A stretch of DNA of 64,000 nucleotides, from the sequence record OZ195934.1. The stretch is one strand, 5' to 3'. This document shows positions 8,386-18,807 of this stretch, in pieces (the stretch's first letter is position 1; every line of letters begins with the position of its first letter). A program made the position numbers and the translations under genes. The notes under the pieces are model-generated. The model was not told the origin of the DNA. It was given only the letters and a program-made list of their open reading frames with translations, and made no database searches.

Positions 8386-9422
8386 AAGTAGCACTTTTAG
8401 GCGATTTGCATATCGGGGTGCGCGATGATGACTTGTGGATTCAAGATTATCAACGTAAATTCTTTGACTTTATGTTTGCTGAACTTGAGCATCGCGGTGT
8501 TAAAGATCTCGTCCAACTAGGTGACTGGTTTGACGTGCGTCGTGGCGCGACTCAAGAAACATTGATGTTTCAACGAACGTATCTTAACGACATGTTAGCA
8601 GGCATCAATACGCACGTACTTGTTGGTAACCATGACATGCACTTACGTGAGCGCATCGTACCGAACACGCCATACGAAGTATTGAGCATCGTTCCTGACG
8701 TTACGATTTACGAACACCCGCGAACCGTTGTGTTTGGTGATGTTGCAATCGACATTATCCCGTGGATTTGTAAAGAGAATGAAGCTGAAATCGCTGAGTT
8801 CATCGAGAACACGACAAGCGAATACTGCGTTGGTCACTTTGAGCTGAACGGCTTTGAGTTCCACAAGGGTCAGAAAGCAACGGGCTGTCTTGATTCGAGC
8901 TTCTTGAAAGGTTACAAGCAAGTTTGGTCTGGTCACTTTCACACGCAATCTGAAGCGGGTAATATCAAGTATCTTGGTACACCGTACACGCTGACGCTTG
9001 CAGATGCTGATGATAAGCGCGGATTCTTCTTGTTTGACACAGAAACGCACGAAATGGAGTTCATTGAGAACCCAGATTGTTGGCACACTAAGCTGTACTA
9101 CGACGCGAACACGTTCGACACGAAGACGATTGACAGCTACGCGAACAAGAACGTTAAGATCATCGTTGAACGTCGCTCTAGTGACTCACGTGACTTGTCG
9201 TTTGATGTAGTCGAAGATCGTATCGCGAACATTGCTCATGCTTGTGACACGCTCGATGAGCTTGAAATCAAGAAAGACATGGCAGAAGACTTCAAAGACA
9301 TCAAAGATATCGACGATTATGTTGGCGATTACGCTGACACGCTTGAAGAATCGACTGAAGTCAAGAACAAGGTCAAGGCGATCTTTAGTTCTCTGCGTGC
9401 TGAAGCGATGGAGAATGCTTGA
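8382..9422 (+). CDS. 47: Recombination endonuclease subunit gp47 (Mre11-like)
   Basis: GDLHIG, QLGDWFD, GNHD, GHFE, SGHFH, GTPY; true start ATG 8382. Confidence 0.95.
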   Translation: MKVALLGDLHIGVRDDDLWIQDYQRKFFDFMFAELEHRGVKDLVQLGDWFDVRRGATQETLMFQRTYLNDMLAGINTHVLVGNHDMHLRERIVPNTPYEVLSIVPDVTIYEHPRTVVFGDVAIDIIPWICKENEAEIAEFIENTTSEYCVGHFELNGFEFHKGQKATGCLDSSFLKGYKQVWSGHFHTQSEAGNIKYLGTPYTLTLADADDKRGFFLFDTETHEMEFIENPDCWHTKLYYDANTFDTKTIDSYANKNVKIIVERRSSDSRDLSFDVVEDRIANIAHACDTLDELEIKKDMAEDFKDIKDIDDYVGDYADTLEESTEVKNKVKAIFSSLRAEAMENA

Positions 9423-9649
9423 TGTCTGACTTAAAACCATGTAAAGTATGTGGCTGCAAGCCGTATGTGCATGAGACGAATATCCATGCACATGGCACAG
9501 CATTTCGCGGGTGGGTTGTTGAGTGTACTTTTGACGAAGAAGACTATCGCAATCCACCAAAAGTACCGCCGTATGTCGACCATACGTTGGAGATTTACGG
9601 TGCGACTCAAGAAGAAGCAACCGAACGTTGGGAGCAGCTAAATGATTAA
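9422..9649 (+). CDS. Small Cys-motif hypothetical (Lar-like LKPCxxCG start)
   Basis: MSDLKPCKVCGCKP; ATG overlaps the gp47 stop. Confidence 0.7.
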   Translation: MSDLKPCKVCGCKPYVHETNIHAHGTAFRGWVVECTFDEEDYRNPPKVPPYVDHTLEIYGATQEEATERWEQLND

Positions 9650-11879
9650 ATTCAAAAGCGTCACTTACAGCAACATTATGTCAGTCGGTAATACGCCGAT
9701 TACAGTTGAGTTGGACAAGTTCAACAAGACACTGATCACTGGTACTAATGGTGCGGGTAAATCGACGTACATCGAAGCAGTTTGTTTTGCGTTATACGGC
9801 AAGCCGTTTCGTAACATCAAAAAGACTCAGATTGTCAATGCAGTCAACAAGAAAAAGCTTCTTGTTGAGATTGAGTTTCAAGATAAAAAGCACTTGTACA
9901 AAATCGTGCGTGGCATCAAGCCGAACAAATTCGAAATCTACAAAGATGGCGATTTGATTCCGCAAGAAGCTGCGGTCGCTGATTACCAAGATATGCTTGA
10001 AAAGAACATCTTGCAGATGAGTTTGAGCACATTCAAACAAATCGCTGTGCTAGGTACGGCTGGTTTCACGCCATTCATGCTTTTACCCGCTGCGAAGCGT
10101 CGTGAAATCGTGGAAGACTTGCTTGATATCGGTATCTTCAGTGACATGGCATCGTTGAACAAAGTCGCGTTGAAAGACTTGAACACGAAGATCACTGACA
10201 TCGAAGCAGATATCGAACGTCGCATGGGCGAACTTCGTCTACACGTCGAATTCCAGAAAGAGCAGAAAGACAATCGCGATGGTGATTTGGCTCAACTGGT
10301 TAGTCGTAAAGCTGAAGCTGAGACGCAAATTGCTCCACTAGCGTCTGCTATGTCTCATCTTGAAGACCAGATCAGCGGTGATAGCACGATTCTTCGTGAC
10401 TTGAAAACCAAGCTTGCTGAAGCTCTTGAAACTGCGAGTGCAGAACAAGCGAAAGAACTGTCCGAACTTGATGCTGAACATCGTTCGAATAAGGCTGAGA
10501 TCCATGCGGGCTTTGAAAAAGAAGTGTCTGAGCTGAAAGCCAAGCATACGTCTGAGCAAGATGCAACTGATGCACTACACGAATCTGACTTACTTGAGTT
10601 TGACCGTGTTCAAGCGGAAGCATTGTCTACATTTGACGGTGAAACTGAAAAGAACACACCAGAAGACGCAGACACTGATCAGATTGCGGCTGACACATCA
10701 ATGATGTTCAGCAACAAAAAAGAGATCGATCAGCTCAAGACGAACAAAAAATTCTTCGAAGAGAACGGTGACTGCGAGTGTTCAACTTGTAAGCAAACAA
10801 TCTCGTCTGATTTCGCTCAGAATGTCATCGACATGGCAGATCAGCGCATTGAAACGCTGACAGCCGAGACGAAAGCACTTGTAGACGCGATTCGCACCGC
10901 TCAAGACAAAGCTAAAGCACGTAAAGCGTACTTAACGGATCGTTCGACTGAACGTTCGGGTTTAGAAGCAACGCAGCGTACAGAGCGTTCTACGTTCGTT
11001 AACGAACAGTCAACTGAACGTCAGACAATCGCACGTAAGCAGCAAGAAGAAATGAACACCTTTGTTGGTGATGTGCAGAACCCTGCAATTCGTCTTCTGA
11101 ATGAGACACAATCGAAAGCGCGTGCTGACATTGTAGCTCAACATGCTGAGTTCAACGCGAATATCACTAAAGGTGATGCGTCTGCGCGTGAAGAACTGAC
11201 CGCGAACATCGGTAAAGACAAAGCTGAACTTGCTACTATTGTCGCAAAAGAAGAGGCTTTGAACAAAGCAATTGCTACTATTGTCGCAGATATTGCAGAT
11301 GTTGAGGCGAAAGCAGCAACTGAAGACCGTTCTGAGCTTATCAAAGAGCAAACGTCTGAGATTAAGCGTGTTAAAGCGGGTCTAGCTGTAGATCTTCAGA
11401 CTAAACACTGTCGCGGTATCGTGGCAACGTTGTTGAAAGACGATGGCGTGAAGTCGATGATTGTTAAACAGTACATCCCGATGATTAACAAGTACATCAA
11501 CGAATACTTGAAGACTATGAACGCGAACTACAACTTCGTTCTAGACGAAGAGTTCAACGAGACTATCAAATCTCGTGGTCGTGATGACTTCAGTTACACG
11601 TCGTTTTCTCAAGGTGAGCGATGCCGTATTGACTTAGCGTTACTATTCGCGTTCCGTGACTTGGTAAGCGCACGTACGGGTTCAATGACCAACTTGCTTG
11701 TACTCGATGAGGTGTTCGATTCTGCTGCTGATACAGATGGCGTAGATTCAATTAACCAGATTCTTAGCACAATCAAAGACAACGTGTTTATTATCTCACA
11801 CAGTGAGAAGCATGAGCAAAGCATGTTCGATAAGCACATTCGATTCACCAAGAAAGGCAACTTCACTAAGGAAGTCTAA
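9642..11879 (+). CDS. 46: Recombination endonuclease subunit gp46 (Rad50-like)
   Basis: GTNGAGKS, CSTC hook, FSQGE signature, LLVLDEVFD. Confidence 0.95.
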   Translation: MIKFKSVTYSNIMSVGNTPITVELDKFNKTLITGTNGAGKSTYIEAVCFALYGKPFRNIKKTQIVNAVNKKKLLVEIEFQDKKHLYKIVRGIKPNKFEIYKDGDLIPQEAAVADYQDMLEKNILQMSLSTFKQIAVLGTAGFTPFMLLPAAKRREIVEDLLDIGIFSDMASLNKVALKDLNTKITDIEADIERRMGELRLHVEFQKEQKDNRDGDLAQLVSRKAEAETQIAPLASAMSHLEDQISGDSTILRDLKTKLAEALETASAEQAKELSELDAEHRSNKAEIHAGFEKEVSELKAKHTSEQDATDALHESDLLEFDRVQAEALSTFDGETEKNTPEDADTDQIAADTSMMFSNKKEIDQLKTNKKFFEENGDCECSTCKQTISSDFAQNVIDMADQRIETLTAETKALVDAIRTAQDKAKARKAYLTDRSTERSGLEATQRTERSTFVNEQSTERQTIARKQQEEMNTFVGDVQNPAIRLLNETQSKARADIVAQHAEFNANITKGDASAREELTANIGKDKAELATIVAKEEALNKAIATIVADIADVEAKAATEDRSELIKEQTSEIKRVKAGLAVDLQTKHCRGIVATLLKDDGVKSMIVKQYIPMINKYINEYLKTMNANYNFVLDEEFNETIKSRGRDDFSYTSFSQGERCRIDLALLFAFRDLVSARTGSMTNLLVLDEVFDSAADTDGVDSINQILSTIKDNVFIISHSEKHEQSMFDKHIRFTKKGNFTKEV

Positions 11880-12352
11880 TGAAACTGATACCGGTTCAAA
11901 TCGACTATCAAGACGATATTTACAAAATGGCGAAATATCTCTTGGCTAACGATGGTCATCCGGATTCACTTGAGACGAAGATCGGGCGCTTTATGCTCGG
12001 TCGAGCGACTGGTCACACTTCAGCAATGCAAGCAACTGCTAGTCGCTTGCGTGCTGAGGGCTATCGCGTCACTGAAGTGTATCTGAATCAGCATATGATG
12101 ACGGATTCTATTCGAAATTCGCATCACCCACACCCTGATATGTGTATGACATATGGTCATTTAATTGACCGTGGCTTTTCGGCTTCGGCTTTACGTAGTC
12201 GATGCTCACATGATATTTCCGATATCATCTTGTTTGACACATATTCATTTGCAGAACAACGCATTCCGAATCTGTCGGCAAAGGTGGAAGAATTCATGTA
12301 CATCTTGCACAGACATTATCATAAAAGAACTGCGTTTTTCTTCATTCAGTAA
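11879..12352 (+). CDS. Hypothetical protein
   Basis: 157 aa, translationally coupled to gp46. Confidence 0.7.
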   Translation: MKLIPVQIDYQDDIYKMAKYLLANDGHPDSLETKIGRFMLGRATGHTSAMQATASRLRAEGYRVTEVYLNQHMMTDSIRNSHHPHPDMCMTYGHLIDRGFSASALRSRCSHDISDIILFDTYSFAEQRIPNLSAKVEEFMYILHRHYHKRTAFFFIQ

Positions 12353-12382
12353 GTTTAGACACTTAAATAGCTGTGTTATTAT
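12353..12382 (+). promoter_or_regulatory. Class B promoter
   Basis: GTTTAGA-17-TATTAT; -10 lies in the loop of a TAGCTGTG/CGCAGCTA inverted repeat. Confidence 0.7.
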
Positions 12383-12407
12383 AGCGCAGCTACTGAGGAA
12401 ACAACGC

Positions 12408-12620
12408 ATGACTACTTTAGATAATCATATTACAACGCCCGACATTAAACATTGGGTGATAATTGATAACTTCCGTGGTGAAGAAAAGATCTTGCCCGAA
12501 GTGCAATTAATCGAAGCTTTCGGCGAAGAACGTTGGCGAAAGATTACGTCTGGTTTAGACGACTATTTCAAAGCATACGAGTATAACTACGAATATACTG
12601 AGCGTGGCTTTAAACTCTAA
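12408..12620 (+). CDS. 45.2: T4 gp45.2-like protein
   Basis: 70 aa from ATG 12408 (GAGG RBS), syntenic position before gene 45. Confidence 0.6.
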   Translation: MTTLDNHITTPDIKHWVIIDNFRGEEKILPEVQLIEAFGEERWRKITSGLDDYFKAYEYNYEYTERGFKL

Positions 12621-12654
12621 TTGAACAAAACATCATACATTTGAAGGTAAAATA

Positions 12655-13320
12655 ATGAAACTTAACAAATCTACAATTGAAGTGCTAAAAAACTTTGCTG
12701 GCATCAACAACGGCATGGTTATCCACGCGGGCACTCGTCTACGTACTCAAGATAACTTGAACAAGCAAATCGCTTATGCAGACATCGAAGACACGTTCCC
12801 TGCTGAATTTGCAGTATACGATCTTGGTGAGTTTCTAAGCGCAATCAACTTGCTTGATAACGCTGAACTTGACTTCCAAGAAAAATACGTTGTCGTTACT
12901 GGCGATGGTGGCACGAAACTGACGTTCCAATATGCAAACGCTGAGTTTGTAACTGAAGCACCAGAGAAAGTGAACTTCCCTGATGATCTTACTGGCGGTG
13001 CTGAGTTTGACCTTAAAGGTGAAGATCTACAGCGCGTTAAGAAAGCATCGGCAACACTTGGTCTGTCTGATATCTGTGTACGCACGACTGCGGGTTCAAC
13101 TGCGGTTACTCTATCTGCGACTGACGCGCAAGGTTCGAGCAAGCACAAATTCGAAATCAACGTTGGTACTGCTGACGAGGCAATCGAATACGAGTTCTTC
13201 TTCAAATCTGAGCGACTAAACATCGTTGACCAAGACTACAAAGTGTCTATTCACCCAGCGGGTATTTCTCGCTTCTTGGGTCTATCGCTTGAATACTTCA
13301 TTGCTACTGAAGCACTGTAA
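12655..13320 (+). CDS. 45: Sliding clamp gp45
   Basis: MKLNKSTIEVLKNFAGIN, FAVYDLGEFL. Confidence 0.95.
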   Translation: MKLNKSTIEVLKNFAGINNGMVIHAGTRLRTQDNLNKQIAYADIEDTFPAEFAVYDLGEFLSAINLLDNAELDFQEKYVVVTGDGGTKLTFQYANAEFVTEAPEKVNFPDDLTGGAEFDLKGEDLQRVKKASATLGLSDICVRTTAGSTAVTLSATDAQGSSKHKFEINVGTADEAIEYEFFFKSERLNIVDQDYKVSIHPAGISRFLGLSLEYFIATEAL

Positions 13321-13335
13321 TTTAAGTTAAGTGTC

Positions 13336-13357
13336 GGGGCTTAATCGCCCCTTTTTT
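13336..13357 (+). terminator. Rho-independent terminator
   Basis: GGGGC-TTAATC-GCCCC + T6. Confidence 0.85.
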
Positions 13358-13383
13358 GAAAATTTTATTATGGGAAACAAGCA

Positions 13384-14334
13384 ATGAATTTTGATGCAAA
13401 AGAGCTACTTTGGGAACAAAAATACCGTCCACAAACAATCAAAGAGTGTGTTTTACCAGAACGCGTTCGTGAACACTTCACGACAATGATTGAGAAGAAC
13501 GAACTTCCGAACATGCTTCTAGCGAGTTCTTCACCGGGTACTGGTAAGACTACAGTAGCGCGTGCATTACTTGCCGATTTGGGTTACGATGTTCTATTCG
13601 TTAACGCGTCGTCAAGTCGTGGTATTGGTCTAGTTCAGACTGATTTACCGGCGTTCTGTTCAACTGTTTCATTCTCGGGCAAGCCTAAAGCGGTAATTCT
13701 TGATGAGGCAGATAACTTGACTGCTGATGCACAGAAAGCATTACGTGGTTTGATTGAGCAGTTCAGCAAAAACGTACGTTTTGTTCTAACGTGTAACTAC
13801 CCACAGAAAATCATCACACCGATTCGTTCGCGTCTACAGACTTTCGAGTTTGTCTATGACAAGACCGAGCAGCTATCGTGTGTCAAGCAGATGATTATCC
13901 GCTCTATGGGTATTTGTAAAAACGAAGGCATCACTGTAACGAACGCTGCTGTGCTTAAAGAGCTAGTTAAGCGTAACTACCCTGATAACCGTGCAACCGT
14001 CGTAGCGTTGCAGAACTACGCACGTAAAGGTGTGATTGATGAGGGTATCTTGTCTGAAATCACAGCGAACGACGATATTTCAGAAATGATTGCAGCACTG
14101 AAATCGAAAGACTTCAAATCTGTGCGTGGTCTGATTCCGAAATACTCTGGTGACATCGCGGGCTTCTTGCACAATCTTTACAAAGCGGCTTACACTGATC
14201 TTGATGGTAACAGCATTGCGATGTTCATTCAGATTGTCGGTGAAGCGAACAACAACGCGACCACGTGTGTTGATACTGAAATTTTGCTTGCGTACACGCT
14301 TGTGCAAATCATGCTTGAATGTACTTTCGTATAG
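13384..14334 (+). CDS. 44: Clamp loader large subunit gp44
   Basis: LWEQKYRP, SPGTGKTT, ILDEAD, SRL. Confidence 0.95.
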   Translation: MNFDAKELLWEQKYRPQTIKECVLPERVREHFTTMIEKNELPNMLLASSSPGTGKTTVARALLADLGYDVLFVNASSSRGIGLVQTDLPAFCSTVSFSGKPKAVILDEADNLTADAQKALRGLIEQFSKNVRFVLTCNYPQKIITPIRSRLQTFEFVYDKTEQLSCVKQMIIRSMGICKNEGITVTNAAVLKELVKRNYPDNRATVVALQNYARKGVIDEGILSEITANDDISEMIAALKSKDFKSVRGLIPKYSGDIAGFLHNLYKAAYTDLDGNSIAMFIQIVGEANNNATTCVDTEILLAYTLVQIMLECTFV

Positions 14335-14343
14335 GGAATTATC

Positions 14344-14829
14344 ATGGACATCTTTGAACTATTAGCGAAAGGCGAAGAAGCTGAAGCGAAACAAGCCGAA
14401 GATGACGCAGCATACGAAGCAGAAATGAAAGCGGCGAAAGTGAAAAAGCTATCGCCATTTGATTTTCTGAACAGCATTTACATGAAAGAGCGCATCGGTG
14501 ACGATCAGGTATCGCAGTATCAACCATTCATGGTGAATCGCGGTATGTCTAACGGCATCGATACGATTGTACACGCGTATATCATGGATCAATGCGGTAG
14601 TAAGCTACCGAAAGATATGCAGTACGACTACATGTATCACGCAGTTCGTAAAGGCAAGCGTTACAACAAGTGGGCGAAAGAAACGAAGTACGATTCAGTT
14701 GACATGATCATGGAAGTCTATGATTTGAACAAACAGAAAGCAATCGACGTGCTTCATCGACTAACAGAACAAGAACTATTGGATTTGACTGAATGGTTTG
14801 AGTCACGAACCGGGGGCTTAACTCGCTAA
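14344..14829 (+). CDS. 62: Clamp loader small subunit gp62
   Basis: LSPFDFLNSI, YQPFMVNRGMS, KGKRYNKWAK. Confidence 0.9.
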   Translation: MDIFELLAKGEEAEAKQAEDDAAYEAEMKAAKVKKLSPFDFLNSIYMKERIGDDQVSQYQPFMVNRGMSNGIDTIVHAYIMDQCGSKLPKDMQYDYMYHAVRKGKRYNKWAKETKYDSVDMIMEVYDLNKQKAIDVLHRLTEQELLDLTEWFESRTGGLTR

Positions 14830-14835
14830 TAAATA
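14828..14835 (+). promoter_or_regulatory. Possible late promoter for regA
   Basis: AATAAATA 29 nt upstream of the regA ATG. Confidence 0.45.
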
Positions 14836-14863
14836 TGTTTTTATTATGCAGTTGAGACTACAC

Positions 14864-15244
14864 ATGGACATTATTAACAAACTTGAAATCAAATTGCCAG
14901 ATGATGATGCATTCTTGAAGATTCGCGAGACTCTTACAAGAATCGGCATCGCAAACAACAAAACCAACACGCTGTACCAATCGTGTCATATTCTTCAGAA
15001 ACGCGGTGTTTACTATCTCGTACACTTCAAAGAGCTTCTAGCTCTTGACGGTCGATGCGTAGAAATCACGGCTGAAGACATTGAGCGTCGTAATAACATT
15101 GCGAAGCTACTTGAAGACTGGAGCTTGTGCAGCATCGCACATCCCGAGTCTCACGAGTTCACGGGCGACAACAAATTCCGTGTGATCTCGTATCGTGATT
15201 CGAAAAACTGGGAATTGCGTTACAAGTACAAAATCGGAGCGTAA
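14864..15244 (+). CDS. regA: Translational repressor RegA
   Basis: FLKIRETLTRIGIAN, LYQSCHILQKRG, YLVHFKEL. Confidence 0.97.
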   Translation: MDIINKLEIKLPDDDAFLKIRETLTRIGIANNKTNTLYQSCHILQKRGVYYLVHFKELLALDGRCVEITAEDIERRNNIAKLLEDWSLCSIAHPESHEFTGDNKFRVISYRDSKNWELRYKYKIGA

Positions 15245-15245
15245 C

Positions 15246-15296
15246 ATGCGCGAAGAAGATTGGGGTTTAGAGTCTGAAGAAGACTGGTTAATCTAA
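15246..15296 (+). CDS. Putative 16-aa acidic microprotein MREEDWGLESEEDWLI
   Basis: GGAG 6 nt upstream of ATG; fills the gap between regA and a terminator. Confidence 0.45.
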   Translation: MREEDWGLESEEDWLI

Positions 15297-15300
15297 TATA

Positions 15301-15321
15301 GGGGCTACACGCCCCTTTTTT
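15301..15321 (+). terminator. Rho-independent terminator
   Basis: GGGGC-TACAC-GCCCC + T6. Confidence 0.85.
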
Positions 15322-15332
15322 GTGAGGAATAT

Positions 15333-15860
15333 ATGAACAACGAACGTTTTCAAGAACTATTACAATTCGGTGGCGAATTCGAAGCTGCCGTAGAGCCGAA
15401 GATCGCGAGGGTATTCTGTCATGCAGACCCGATGGCGATGCTTATCAATACGGCTACATCAAAAACAGATGACAAGCATGGGCGTGGTCAACGTCTGATG
15501 TTCTGTCAAGACACATCCGCAAGCTATATGCTACCAGACGTATTTGTTTTCAGTAAAGGAAAGCAGTTCTGCGTCGAAATCAAGTGTAAAAATCGATTCT
15601 TCCGACATAGTGACGGTAAATTGTATGCTGTCATTGACACATATAAGATCAAAGACTACGAAGAAGCGGTTGAGAAGATGAACTTTGACGGCATTTACTA
15701 CGTATTTGGTGATAAGCAGACTCGTTCTGTCTATTTTGCCACTCCCGAACAAGCCAAAGAGATCGTCATTCGACTGGACTCGTTTGTCAGCAAGAAAAAT
15801 CCGAAAGGTCAGTTTCATGCATGGGCAATCGACGAATTACATTCTCTAGGGAAATGGTAG
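15333..15860 (+). CDS. PD-(D/E)XK nuclease-fold protein
   Basis: MLPDVFVF...VEIKCK catalytic motif. Confidence 0.75.
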   Translation: MNNERFQELLQFGGEFEAAVEPKIARVFCHADPMAMLINTATSKTDDKHGRGQRLMFCQDTSASYMLPDVFVFSKGKQFCVEIKCKNRFFRHSDGKLYAVIDTYKIKDYEEAVEKMNFDGIYYVFGDKQTRSVYFATPEQAKEIVIRLDSFVSKKNPKGQFHAWAIDELHSLGKW

Positions 15861-15889
15861 TTTAACAGCTAAACAACGCGTGATAGCAT
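15860..15889 (+). promoter_or_regulatory. Class B promoter for gene 43
   Basis: GTTTAAC-17-TAGCAT. Confidence 0.65.
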
Positions 15890-15919
15890 ACATACATCAA
15901 ACACTTGTGAAGGAATAAT

Positions 15920-18469
15920 ATGTTTTACACATCTATCGAACGAATCGGCTCTAATCTCTGCGAACGCTACATCGATGACGACGGGCTAGAACATGCTCGT
16001 AAAGTCAAGTATGAACCGACTCTGTTCATTCACTGTAACGAAGACACTGGTTACAAAGACATCTATGGTCGTCACTGTCGTCCTAAGCTATTCGACACAA
16101 TGGGCGATGCAAGTAAGTACATCAAAGAAACCAAACAATTCAACGAAGTGTTAGGCATGGACGATTTCGTCGTGACTTACATTTCAGACCAGTACAAAAC
16201 ACGTGAATTCGACATGAATCGCATTCGCATCGCGAATATCGATATCGAAACACCGTCTGTTGAGTTCCCAGAAGCTGCGCACGCACCTGTGCCAATTACT
16301 TCAATCGGTCACTACGATAACATCGACGACAAGTTCTACGTTTACGGCATTCCGTCGAACACTGAATGGTCACGCGAGAGTTCAATCGTTAAGCCCGAGT
16401 TGCTTGAAAAGACTGTGTACATTCGCTGTGCGACTGAGAAAGAGCTACTAATCAAGTATCTTCAGTTCTGGCGTGAGAAAACACCTGCAATCGTGACTGG
16501 CTGGAACATCGAATCGTTCGATATGCCGTACATCGTGAATCGTTACAAGAAAGTTCTCGGTGAAAAAGCGATGCGTGCTCTATCACCATGGGGTAAAGTG
16601 AACATCACGAACACCGTGAACGATTACGGTCAAGAAATCTGTAAAGTGAACATTCTTGGCGTGTCTGAACTCGATTATCTTCAACTGTACAAGAAATTCA
16701 CGTATACAACTCGCCCGTCGTATCGTCTAGATTACATCGGTGAAGTTGAGTTGAAAGAAAACAAGGTTGAATTCGAACAAGCGAACTATCTTGAGTTTTA
16801 CGAGCAAGATTACCAGAACTTCATCGACTATCAGATTCAAGATGTTAACTTGGTTAAGCGTCTCGACGAGAAGCTTCAACTGATGCTTTTGACAATCTCA
16901 CTTGCGTACTACGCGGGCATCAACTATCAGACGGTACTTGGTACAATCAAGCCGTGGGATGCAATCATTTTCAACTCGCTTAAAGCTGAGAAGAAAGTAG
17001 TTCCGATGATGCGCTCACACGAGGGCGGTCGATTCATGGGTGCATTCGTTAAAGCTCCGCAGATTGGTTATCATCGCGGCATTGGCTCTTTCGATTTAAC
17101 GTCACTTTACCCGTCGATCATTCGTGAATGTAACATTTCACCAGAGACAATTGTCGGTCAGCTTGACTACAACGGTACTCTTGAAGATCGCATCGACAAG
17201 ATTGTTGATTACGCAGTGTCTTTCCCTGCTGATAATCTGTCGAACAGCGCGAACGGTATGCAATATCGCAAAGACGTGCGTGGTGTAATCCCAGTCGAAA
17301 TCGAAAAAGTATTCTTTCAGCGTAAAGCGAACAAGAAGAAGTCATTCGAGTTCGAGCAGCTTGCGATGGACATTCAGAAGAAAATCGACGAAGAGGGCGG
17401 TGATGATGCACTAATCTCTGAACTAGCTGAAGCGAAACACCAAGCGAAGATCTACGACGTACAGCAAATGGCTCGTAAGATTCTTATCAACTCACTTTAT
17501 GGTGCGTTAGGTAACGAATACTTCCGATTCTACGACTTGCGCAATGCCGAAGCTGTAACAGCATACGGTCAGCTTTCAATCAAATGGGTAGCGCGTGACG
17601 TGAACATTTGGCTGAACAAGATGTGTAAGACGACTGACAAAGATTACGTGATTTACGGTGATACCGATTCAATTTACGTTAACTTCGATCCGCTGCTTGA
17701 GATTCTTGGAATCAATAAGCTTGAGGGTGACGCGTACACTGACAAGTTCAGCAAAGTGTGTGAGACAGTCGAAGCGAAAGTTATCAACCCGTCTTACGAT
17801 GCACTGCACAAGTACATGAACACGTATGAACGTCAGATGTTCATGGATCGCGAAGTTCTAGCACGTACTGGCTTCTTTATCGCGAAAAAGCGTTACGCGC
17901 TTGACGTACAAGATAATGAGGGCATTCGTAAGCCGAAGCTGAAGATCATGGGTATCGAGACTCAACGTAGTTCAACGCCACCGCTTGCTCAGAAAGGTCT
18001 TAAAGAGTCGATTCGTTTGATTCTTCAAGATGGTCAAGACGCGTTGCAAGCATACGTGAAAACGTATGAGACTGAGTTCAAGAAAGCTCCGTATCAAGAA
18101 ATCTCGTTCGTGTCTAGTGCAAACAACATGGCGAAATACTCAGATACGAAAGGTAACCCAGGTAAGGGCTGTCCGGGTCACGTTAAAGGCGCGTTGTACT
18201 ACAACAAACTCGCTGAAGAGCATGGCTTTGACAAGATCAACGAGGGCGACAAAATCGCTGTTGTGTTCTTGACGCGTAACAAGCACGGCATTGACCGTAT
18301 CGCTTACCCGTCTGGTGGTCGTTTGCCTGATGCACTTGAATATCTAACTGCGCACATCGATTACAATCGACTGTACGACGACAAGTTTGTGAAACCACTG
18401 AACGCGATTTCTGAAGCGATCAAGTGGGACTACAAGAAAACGATAACTTTGGAGAGTTTCTTTGGGTAA
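15920..18469 (+). CDS. 43: B-family DNA polymerase gp43
   Basis: DIET exonuclease, [25 protein letters not shown]; clamp-binding tail TLESFFG; uninterrupted. Confidence 0.98.
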   Translation: MFYTSIERIGSNLCERYIDDDGLEHARKVKYEPTLFIHCNEDTGYKDIYGRHCRPKLFDTMGDASKYIKETKQFNEVLGMDDFVVTYISDQYKTREFDMNRIRIANIDIETPSVEFPEAAHAPVPITSIGHYDNIDDKFYVYGIPSNTEWSRESSIVKPELLEKTVYIRCATEKELLIKYLQFWREKTPAIVTGWNIESFDMPYIVNRYKKVLGEKAMRALSPWGKVNITNTVNDYGQEICKVNILGVSELDYLQLYKKFTYTTRPSYRLDYIGEVELKENKVEFEQANYLEFYEQDYQNFIDYQIQDVNLVKRLDEKLQLMLLTISLAYYAGINYQTVLGTIKPWDAIIFNSLKAEKKVVPMMRSHEGGRFMGAFVKAPQIGYHRGIGSFDLTSLYPSIIRECNISPETIVGQLDYNGTLEDRIDKIVDYAVSFPADNLSNSANGMQYRKDVRGVIPVEIEKVFFQRKANKKKSFEFEQLAMDIQKKIDEEGGDDALISELAEAKHQAKIYDVQQMARKILINSLYGALGNEYFRFYDLRNAEAVTAYGQLSIKWVARDVNIWLNKMCKTTDKDYVIYGDTDSIYVNFDPLLEILGINKLEGDAYTDKFSKVCETVEAKVINPSYDALHKYMNTYERQMFMDREVLARTGFFIAKKRYALDVQDNEGIRKPKLKIMGIETQRSSTPPLAQKGLKESIRLILQDGQDALQAYVKTYETEFKKAPYQEISFVSSANNMAKYSDTKGNPGKGCPGHVKGALYYNKLAEEHGFDKINEGDKIAVVFLTRNKHGIDRIAYPSGGRLPDALEYLTAHIDYNRLYDDKFVKPLNAISEAIKWDYKKTITLESFFG

Positions 18470-18746
18470 TGTAGACGGCATCGCGTTTGACGAAGACACG
18501 CGAATCATAGACATCGAGGACGGGGCTTTGCCCGTCTTCGTGACCGAAACACCGGTAACGCAAATCAACGAATACAAAGTATGCAACGATTGGGTGTTAG
18601 ATATCGAGTCGTGGCATGTAGGCGATGAAGTTGTGAAGATTACGCTTGGTAATAAAAAGGCAACGTACATGGGAATCGAGCATCCCGCGAATGTTCTCAT
18701 CGACAAAGCGCAACTGAAATCATTCTTGCAAGATTTGTTGAAATAA
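18462..18746 (+). CDS. Hypothetical protein (TTG start)
   Basis: 94 aa, GGAG upstream, overlaps the gene 43 stop. Confidence 0.65.
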   Translation: MGNVDGIAFDEDTRIIDIEDGALPVFVTETPVTQINEYKVCNDWVLDIESWHVGDEVVKITLGNKKATYMGIEHPANVLIDKAQLKSFLQDLLK

Positions 18747-18749
18747 CGA

Positions 18750-18780
18750 TTGACAGTGTATAGTTTCGGCTATACACTGT
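18750..18780 (+). promoter_or_regulatory. Promoter inside an 11-bp perfect inverted repeat
   Basis: TTGACA-17-TACACT; ACAGTGTATAG-TTTCGG-CTATACACTGT. Confidence 0.8.
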
Positions 18781-18807
18781 TATTAACTTAATTGAGAGGA
18801 TAAAATC

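Noticed and set aside
15920-18469. Intron, intein or split in DNA polymerase
   Set aside because: A single 849-aa ORF with all motifs contiguous; no insertion evident.
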